The notes beneath the pieces are model-generated. The model searched no databases. It was not told where the DNA came from and worked only from the letters and a program-made list of their open reading frames with translations. A DNA stretch of 64,000 nucleotides, from the NCBI GenBank assembly GCA_963801355.1, contig CAWDEM010000008.1:1088001-1152000 (forward strand), in the 5' to 3' direction. Shown here one piece after another: positions 56,951 through 64,000 of the stretch; position 1 is the first letter of the stretch; every line of letters starts with the position of its first letter. This stretch comes from Ignavibacteriota bacterium (GTDB taxonomy: Bacteria > Bacteroidota > Ignavibacteria > UBA10030 > UBA6906). The translations under genes were made by a program, and so were the position numbers.

Positions 56951-59713
56951 CTACTGCATCTTTAGTACCACGAATGTCACATCATCCATCTGCGGGCGAC
57001 CGCCGGCCCAGTCTTTCATTCTTTCCATGAGATGCCTGATAATTTCCTGAGGGTTCTGGTCTGCAACCTCTTTGAACGATTCGACCGTCCTTGGTTCATC
57101 GAGTGTCTCATCGTTTGCGTTGAACATCTCAAGGAAACCATCACTCATGAGCAGCATCACATCTCCTGAACCGAGGGTTGTTTCCTTCGTCTGATATGGA
57201 AAATCCGTAAACCCTCCGAGCGGCATCCCTTTCATGACAAGTTGTTCCACCTCACCTGTTGATGACCTGAAGATGAGTACCGGCGGCATTCCAGCCGATG
57301 AGGCTGTTACCGTATGATCCTTTACCCGCAGCAAGAGCAAGGCCATATAGAGCTGCCCAAGATTCATTCGCTTGAATGCCCTGGTGAATCTTTCAAAGAT
57401 GGTTTGAAAACTGGAGAGGTGTGCGAACTCATGGAAAAGGCCTTTCGTCACCGACACCATCGTTCCTGCCTTTGCCCCATGACCCGTTGCATCGCCGAGT
57501 GCTATGGTCAGGGTCCCGTCCTCGCCAAGGTGAAAGTCATAGTAGTCGCCGCCAACCTCCGTTGCTGTTTCCATTTTCACCGCTATCTCGACGTGCGGTA
57601 TTCGCGGAATTTCCTTCGGCAGCATGGAAAGTTGCACCTGCCGCGCCTCCTCAAGTTCTCTGGTTTTGCGCGCATTATCCGCTTCCAGCATGCGCCGAGC
57701 AAGCTCTTCTTCTTTCGCAAGCCGCTCAGTCTCGATCGCTTTGCGGGAAAGGTCACGAACCTGTATCAGCTGTTCCTCGAGGTTCTTGCTTGTTCTGGCA
57801 AAGTTGCGGGACATGTCGATTGAAAAACAAACACTCATCACCAGCGTGCCGACGATGACAATACCAACGCCCGACAATGGCGAAAGGATGGACAGTTGAA
57901 TCGCCACCTGCCAGACGAGACTCAACATGAACACCGCGAACCCCAGTGCAGCAATCCATTTGTCGCGCCAGCGTTGTCGTCCGGCAACAACAAAGACCCT
58001 GAAAGTCTCGAGTGTCGCCGCGCCGATGAGCACGTACACAATGTAGACGCCTTTCATCCCACCAGGGGGAACAAATAATGCGAATATGGCAAGCACAGCA
58101 CATGTCGCGGCAATGACATAGCCGGTTTTCGGAATCCTAGAGAGGAACCGGGTATAGATCGTCAGCAAACCAAAGACGATTGCGCAACTCAGGAGAGCAA
58201 CTGTTCCCTTTGCGGAATTTAGAAAACCTTCAACAGAAGGGGTAAAGGCACTCTGGAACGACAACCATATGAAGCCCCCCCAGGAGAACATGAAGAGAGC
58301 GAAATAGAGGTTCTCCCTTGGACGCGGCAGAAACAGAAAAAGCAAAAGGTGCAGGACGCCGAGAACGAGCGCAATAACAGGAAAGACAATCTGGGTTACC
58401 GTCATTGTTCTGATTTCTTCAGCCCGCTGTTGAATCATCCCATTGAGATCGCTGGTAAGGATACACGCAAACCCTGCGTCGCCTCCCATGTTAATAAGAT
58501 CGTCCGTGTTGGCATTCGAATAGCGGATGGCGAGAAGATGGTCCCGTCCCTGCCGGAAGACGAGGACCCTCGGGTTGCGTTCGATGAACGATTGCTCCGC
58601 AGTTCCGGCAACGGCCACATCGCCGAAAGCATAGAGCAGGGTTCCATCAAGGTAGACTTCGCAGGCGCCCCCGTGATTGACAATCAAGCCAAGGGGCACA
58701 CTCCAAAGCGAGGAATCCACAACGATGCGCTCACGAAACCATCCAATCCCGCTCCACTTGCTTTCTGGCTTCTGTTCCCTCGTGAGCCGGGCATATGTGA
58801 TTTCCCAGGAGCGATCATCAAACGACGGGTTTGCCCATTCAAGGTCGTCACCGGGGTGGTAACGCCAGTTTTCAATTGTGATTGGAAATTCCGGGCGATA
58901 CTCGAACGCCGGGGCGGACAGAAATGTCCTGGCCCTGCAATCGGATGTATCGATGGCATTTCTTCGGATGAACTTCATCATGTGGTTTGGGGCAAATGCG
59001 ACGGTCCCCAACAGTTGTGGGACGAGCCACACATTATCCGCCATTCCAGCGGACCATTGGATTGTCCCATCACGCTCCATGGCACCGAATATCTTCGATA
59101 CCCCGTCATTGTCATGGAAGCTTACGGCAAAACCGAAGCTTTCACCGACGCCGACATGAACGGCACGGCCTCTGCACGCAATCAATTCCCACTCCAGACG
59201 CAGTTCGAGGGCGTATCCGTCACGCGTTGGCCGGCGGGCATAGTTTCCCGGCAAGGTCGCTTTTCGCGAAAGGAGAGAGTCTCGTTCAGGATAAAGGTTG
59301 TCAACACCCAGAATGTTGGAGGCATCGGCACTGTCCAGAGCAGTCAAGCGGGCATTCACGATTCCGATGAGAGGCTTCGTTGCAGGATCAGGATCGAACT
59401 TCAGTTCGATGCAATCGTTCCACGGCCGGACAATGCTTCCGACATGAACGACGTCATCTTTCACTTCAGCATAGAGGTAGAAGTACTTCTCGTCCCATGC
59501 AGCCCACACATCAGCCGAGAGGTCGGAATCACCATCAGGCTTAGGTCCACTGAGCGAAATGAAATCCAAATGAGAGAGATGGATGTAGCTCTCAGTCGGC
59601 GTGTTAAGGCCGGAATACCATGCATCCTTGCGAGCGTCAATTGCTATTGAGAACTGAGCAACAATTGCGTTGCACGACAGAATTTGGAGCAAGACCAAGA
59701 GTCTGAGAGACAT
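56951..59713 (-). CDS. Sensor phosphatase: CBM9/DOMON-like and galactose-binding-like domains, 7TM region, coiled coil and SpoIIE/PP2C domain
   Basis: AAWDEKYFYL.AEV.DD; WRYHPGDD..WA...FDD.SW; VGGDYYD, DATGHG, SDG, DDVT. Confidence 0.85.
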   Translation of the reverse strand: MSLRLLVLLQILSCNAIVAQFSIAIDARKDAWYSGLNTPTESYIHLSHLDFISLSGPKPDGDSDLSADVWAAWDEKYFYLYAEVKDDVVHVGSIVRPWNDCIELKFDPDPATKPLIGIVNARLTALDSADASNILGVDNLYPERDSLLSRKATLPGNYARRPTRDGYALELRLEWELIACRGRAVHVGVGESFGFAVSFHDNDGVSKIFGAMERDGTIQWSAGMADNVWLVPQLLGTVAFAPNHMMKFIRRNAIDTSDCRARTFLSAPAFEYRPEFPITIENWRYHPGDDLEWANPSFDDRSWEITYARLTREQKPESKWSGIGWFRERIVVDSSLWSVPLGLIVNHGGACEVYLDGTLLYAFGDVAVAGTAEQSFIERNPRVLVFRQGRDHLLAIRYSNANTDDLINMGGDAGFACILTSDLNGMIQQRAEEIRTMTVTQIVFPVIALVLGVLHLLLFLFLPRPRENLYFALFMFSWGGFIWLSFQSAFTPSVEGFLNSAKGTVALLSCAIVFGLLTIYTRFLSRIPKTGYVIAATCAVLAIFALFVPPGGMKGVYIVYVLIGAATLETFRVFVVAGRQRWRDKWIAALGFAVFMLSLVWQVAIQLSILSPLSGVGIVIVGTLVMSVCFSIDMSRNFARTSKNLEEQLIQVRDLSRKAIETERLAKEEELARRMLEADNARKTRELEEARQVQLSMLPKEIPRIPHVEIAVKMETATEVGGDYYDFHLGEDGTLTIALGDATGHGAKAGTMVSVTKGLFHEFAHLSSFQTIFERFTRAFKRMNLGQLYMALLLLRVKDHTVTASSAGMPPVLIFRSSTGEVEQLVMKGMPLGGFTDFPYQTKETTLGSGDVMLLMSDGFLEMFNANDETLDEPRTVESFKEVADQNPQEIIRHLMERMKDWAGGRPQMDDVTFVVLKMQ

Positions 59714-60275
59714 CCTCGTACCTCCTTGGTTCCGGATCGGAGCGTTCGGACCAGAGTGACATGTAGGCGACCACCATCATTATGGCATCAAAAACCTCTT
59801 CTTGACTGGTCGCCCCCCACATGTGATGCAGGAATTGCTGCCCCTACTTGTCATACGTGCCAGGATGGCAGAAGATTCTCAGAACCTGGTAATCTCGGGA
59901 AACCGCATATTCCTTATCCGGCTGGCGGTTTCGCGCATTGGGCCAGCTGTAAGGGCCACATGCAAAGGCCCGAGCAAAAAGGCCCTTTGACAAGGGAATG
60001 TGTGACAAGGGAATGGATTGATGGTTTGACAATCCCCCCGTGAAGCCCTATCTTTGCTGCGGACCATCTCTCGGCAAAGCCTCTGTTTCAATTCCTTCCA
60101 GCATCTCCCAGGGGCTTTGTGGATTCTCGAGATGGCCCTGCACCTTGATTTTAGGAGATCTCTCCGTGGTCCGCGAGTCTGTTGTCCGCAATCGATTCTT
60201 CTCGCGGATACTAACCCCCGTAAACGCAGGCTTCTTCTTTACACACTCACCCGAACACCCAACAAGGAGGAAGAG

Positions 60276-61808
60276 ATGAGACCACAACCGAGGGTCTTCA
60301 TCCGATTGGCATATGTTCTTGCCGCCTTTCTTTTGGCGACAGGCTTGCTCGCTGCTCAGACATTCGACGCCATCAAGGGTCAGGTGAAGGAACACATACT
60401 TCCCAACGGCATGAAGTTTCTTGTGCTGGAGCGGCCAGAGGCGCCGGTGGTTTCGTTCCACACCTACGCAGACGTCGGATCATCGAACGAATCGTACGGT
60501 ATCACCGGTATTTCCCACCTGCTGGAGCATCTGGCCTTCAAGGGAACGAAGGTCGTAGGGACGAAGGATTATGCTGCAGAGCAGAAACTCATGGATCAGA
60601 TAGACCGTGTCTATCAGCAGCTCGTGCGGGAACAAACTTCAGTCAAACCGGACAGTGCAAAGATAGTGACGCTGCAGGCGGAGTTCGACAGACTCGGCAA
60701 AGAAGCTCAGGGGCTCGTGGTCGTAGATCAATACAGCGACATGTTGAGGGAGCAGGGCGGCCCCATGATCAATGCGTATACAAGCAACGATGCCACACAG
60801 TACATCAGCAGCCTTCCATCCAACAAGCTGGAATTCTGGATGGCGATGGAATCCGATCGATGGATGAACCCGGTCTTCCGGGAGTTTTACAAAGAACGCA
60901 ATGTCGTCATGGAGGAGCGGCGGCTCGGAGTGGAGACACAGCCGACCGGGAAGCTGGTCGAGGATTTCTTGGCCGTCGCATTCAAGGCACATCCTTACCA
61001 CCACGAAGTGATCGGGCATATGTCCGATCTCCAACGTATCAATCGAGCGGACGTCACAAGCTATTTCCAGAAATTCTACGGACCCAGCAACTTGACTGTG
61101 GCGATTGTCGGGGACGTCAAAGCTGATGAGGTTTTCAGGTTGGCGGATACGTATTTCTCGCGTATCCCCACTGCACCGAAACCTGAGCCCCTGCGGACGA
61201 CTGAGCCCGAGCAGTGGGGTGAAAGGCGTGTGACCGTGGAGGCAATGTCCCAACCGTGGCTGGTGATAGGCTACCACCGCCCGGATATCAACAGCAAGGA
61301 CGATGCTGCGCTGGACGCTATGGCCAACATCCTCGGCCGCGGGCGATCCTCGCGCCTCTACACGAATCTGGTCAAGAACCGGAAGCTCGCCGTCAGTGTC
61401 TCCGCTGGGAATGGATGGCCGGGCAATAAGTACTCCAGTCTCTTTGTGGTCTTCGCCGTGCCTTCCATGGGTCACACGGCAGCTGAGTGCCAGAAGGCTA
61501 TCGAAGCCGAATTGGAAAAAATCAAAACGGAACCGGTGACGGAACAGGAGCTGGCAAAGTACAAACGCTTCACGAGGAAGTATCTGATCGATGGCATGAA
61601 GATGAACAGCAGGATGGCTGCATCCCTTACATTCAACGATGTGATCCGCGGCGACTGGCGAAAAGCATTCGAAATCATCAAAGTTGTCGACTCGGTGACC
61701 ATACCGGACATTCAGGCTGTCGCACAAAAGTATCTGGTCGAGAAGCATCGCACGATCGGGGAAGTCAAACCTGAACCGAAGCCCGAAGAGGGAGGAAAAC
61801 AACAATGA
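60276..61808 (+). CDS. M16B zinc peptidase, catalytic subunit
   Basis: AAGGAGG SD; GISHLLEHLAFKG (HxxEH); NAYTS.D.T.Y; ERNVVMEERR. Confidence 0.92.
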   Translation: MRPQPRVFIRLAYVLAAFLLATGLLAAQTFDAIKGQVKEHILPNGMKFLVLERPEAPVVSFHTYADVGSSNESYGITGISHLLEHLAFKGTKVVGTKDYAAEQKLMDQIDRVYQQLVREQTSVKPDSAKIVTLQAEFDRLGKEAQGLVVVDQYSDMLREQGGPMINAYTSNDATQYISSLPSNKLEFWMAMESDRWMNPVFREFYKERNVVMEERRLGVETQPTGKLVEDFLAVAFKAHPYHHEVIGHMSDLQRINRADVTSYFQKFYGPSNLTVAIVGDVKADEVFRLADTYFSRIPTAPKPEPLRTTEPEQWGERRVTVEAMSQPWLVIGYHRPDINSKDDAALDAMANILGRGRSSRLYTNLVKNRKLAVSVSAGNGWPGNKYSSLFVVFAVPSMGHTAAECQKAIEAELEKIKTEPVTEQELAKYKRFTRKYLIDGMKMNSRMAASLTFNDVIRGDWRKAFEIIKVVDSVTIPDIQAVAQKYLVEKHRTIGEVKPEPKPEEGGKQQ

Positions 61809-63238
61809 GAACGCCAAGAGTGTTCGTCGCATCATTGGTCATGGTTCTCCTGGCCGGTTTCCTTGGGACGGTCGTCGCACAGAAGGGACCTAAAGAAAAA
61901 TTCACGTTCCCCAAGCTCCATGACATTTCCATGCCGAAAGTCCGGGAGGCAAAGCTCAAGAACGGCATGCGGATCTTCCTTGTGGAAGATCGGCAGTATC
62001 CCACAATCGATCTGCGCGCCATGGTTGGCGCAGCCTCCGAGTTTGACCCCGCGGAAAAGGTCGGACTGGCAAGCTTAACAGGGAGCGTCCTGAGAACCGG
62101 GGGCACCGAAAAGATGACCGGTGATGAAATGGACCAGATGCTCGAGACGATGGGAGCATCGGTAGAAACGGGCATTGGATCCGGCTCAGGATACGTGTAC
62201 GTCTCCGTGTTGAAGGATGACATCGACAAGGGCGTCAATGTCCTCGCCGACATCCTGATGCATCCCGCATTCCGGCAGGAGAAGATCGAGCTCGCAAAAA
62301 TCCAGCAGCGTTCCTTTATCTCCCGTCGCAATGATGATATCTGGGAGATCACTGGCCGTGAGTTCAACACCTTGATCTACGGCAAGGGACATCCCTATGC
62401 GCGCTATCCCGAATTTGCGACGATCGATTCAATCAGCAGGGACGATGTTGTCGCGTTTCACAAAAAGTATTTCCATCCCAACAACATCATCTTCGCGGCG
62501 TGGGGAGATTTCGATGCCAAGCAGATGGAAAAGAAGCTGGAAACGGCCTTCGGCGCCTGGCCAAAGGTGGATATCCCCGTGCCTCCCAAGCCCAAAGTGG
62601 ACTATCAGTATGTGCAGACGGTGAACTACGTGAACAAGCCTGACGTGAACCAGACGCATATCCAGATGGGACATATCGGAGGACAGCTGAACAGCCCGGA
62701 CTATCCGGCCCTGGTGATCATGAACCAGATTCTTTCCACAGAAAGGATGTACAAGGTCATTCGGACGCAGGAAGGTCTCACCTATGCTCCGTGGGGATAC
62801 TATGGAGCGGACTACGACCATCTGGGTGTCTTCAATTGCGGGACGCAGACGAAGTCGCGGTCGACGGTGTACGCTCTCCGCCTGATGCTGAAGGAAGTGA
62901 AACGGATGACAGAAGAACCTGTGACCGATGAAGAGCTCGCTCGTGCCAAGGACACGTATCTGAACAGCTTTGTCTTCAACTTCGACACCAAGAGCAAGAT
63001 CGTCAACCGGATGATGGTGACGGCCTACCACAACTACCCGGTGGATTTCATCAACCAGGTCAAGGACAAGGTCGAGAAGGTAACGAAGGAAGATATTCTC
63101 CGCGTCGCGAAGACCCATCTGCATCCCGAACAGCTCCACATTCTGGTGGTGGGGAAAAAGGAGGAATTTGACGAACCGCTGTCAGTATTGGGAAAGGTTA
63201 ACGAAATCGATATCACCATCCCACAGCCCAAGCACTAG
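61805..63238 (+). CDS. M16B peptidase partner subunit, non-catalytic
   Basis: No HxxEH; carries the IRTQEGLTY Arg/Tyr motif; ATGA overlap with the upstream gene. Confidence 0.88.
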   Translation: MRTPRVFVASLVMVLLAGFLGTVVAQKGPKEKFTFPKLHDISMPKVREAKLKNGMRIFLVEDRQYPTIDLRAMVGAASEFDPAEKVGLASLTGSVLRTGGTEKMTGDEMDQMLETMGASVETGIGSGSGYVYVSVLKDDIDKGVNVLADILMHPAFRQEKIELAKIQQRSFISRRNDDIWEITGREFNTLIYGKGHPYARYPEFATIDSISRDDVVAFHKKYFHPNNIIFAAWGDFDAKQMEKKLETAFGAWPKVDIPVPPKPKVDYQYVQTVNYVNKPDVNQTHIQMGHIGGQLNSPDYPALVIMNQILSTERMYKVIRTQEGLTYAPWGYYGADYDHLGVFNCGTQTKSRSTVYALRLMLKEVKRMTEEPVTDEELARAKDTYLNSFVFNFDTKSKIVNRMMVTAYHNYPVDFINQVKDKVEKVTKEDILRVAKTHLHPEQLHILVVGKKEEFDEPLSVLGKVNEIDITIPQPKH

Positions 63239-63278
63239 ACCCGCGCGCCAGGAGACGGACGTTCGATAGTGCGTTGCT

Positions 63279-63315
63279 CCCGCCTGCACTTTAAAGGTCG
63301 ATCGGTGCAGGCGGG
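63279..63315. terminator. 11-bp stem hairpin after the M16 operon
   Basis: cccgcctgcac ... gtgcaggcggg. Confidence 0.55.
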
Positions 63316-63337
63316 TGCGGCGGCTGTCTCGATGTCC

Positions 63338-63652
63338 TCATCGTACGAGGACAGACTTGCGCGTCTGCACAAAGCTTTGTCCTGAGCCTGTCAAAGGATC
63401 CCCCGCTCCGCTCTCAGAGTCACGCCCGATGGTGGAGTCCAGAGCGGGGACCTGCATCCGGTAGAAGTACATGCCGCTTGACAGACCTGACGCGTCGCAC
63501 TTGACTTCGTGAGCCCCCACTTGCCTCCTCTCGTTCACCAGTGAGACAAACCGACGCCTGAAAATGTCATAAATCGTCAGGGTCCCGTGTGATGCTCTCG
63601 GCAACTCTCACTTGATGATCGTGGAAGGATTGAAGTGATTCGGGGCATTTTG
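63338..63652 (-). pseudogene. Orphan degenerate T9SS CTD fragment
   Basis: QNAPNHFNPSTIIK*ELPRASH...SGMYFYRMQ; no cargo upstream; carries two palindromic inserts. Confidence 0.75.
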
Positions 63653-63801
63653 GCACATCGATCGTGATCGATTTGTGATTACAGGAGCAAATTCGGACGG
63701 ATTCTTGGTTATGCTGCAGTTGACAGGCGGTGTAAAGAATAGTAGATTTGCATGAGGGACGAGGGGGCGAACCGAACACACCATCGTGGAGAATCATCAC
63801 C

Positions 63802-64000
63802 ATGCAAAAGCAACTCACTGGATTGGCGGTGCTCGTCGCATTGGTCTCGACTGCCTCCGCTCAGAACTGGTTCAAGGGAAGCCTCGACGACGCTCTCGCT
63901 AAGGCAAAGACCGAGAACAAAAAGGTGCTCGTGGATTTCTTCTCTCCTGGCTGAGGTGGCTGTAAATTGCTGGGTCAGCAATATTTCGAGAACCAAAAGT
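63802..64000 (+). CDS. Exported thioredoxin-family selenoprotein (UxxC); runs off the window edge
   Basis: Signal peptide; W...LDDALAKAK.ENKKVLVDFFSPG-TGA(63952)-GGCKLL; hairpin attgctg-ggt-cagcaat with its loop 18 nt after the UGA. Confidence 0.85.

Overview
A 64-kb window of a moderately GC-rich bacterial genome. Many 'QNYPNPFNP' T9SS-type C-terminal domains (CTDs), clear Shine-Dalgarno sites and sigma70-like promoters suggest an Ignavibacteria-like member of the Bacteroidota/Chlorobiota group; this is an inference. The region is dominated by secreted and surface proteins and by peptidases (S9, M6, S8, an Ntn-hydrolase, GGT, M24B, an M16 pair). It also carries signalling genes, a HigBA toxin-antitoxin pair and two radical SAM genes. 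Highlights: (1) an apparently intact mercury-methylation pair hgcA-hgcB with an ArsR-type operator palindrome, lying between two 215-bp CTD-coding direct repeats that differ at one base; (2) an M6 protease ending in a dockerin-like duplicated motif, directly followed by a cohesin-like protein with a T9SS CTD, a candidate cohesin-dockerin surface-display or piggy-back secretion system; (3) a 45-nt palindromic element inserted in frame at the same site of six CTDs, plus evidence of CTD duplication or swapping between unrelated cargo genes; (4) a UxxC thioredoxin-like selenoprotein with a SECIS-like hairpin at the right edge, and a second in-frame UGA with a SECIS-like hairpin inside a T9SS beta-propeller gene. 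Two genes carry single-base frameshifts, which could be decay or sequencing error. I recognised no rRNA, tRNA, CRISPR array, transposase or integrase.
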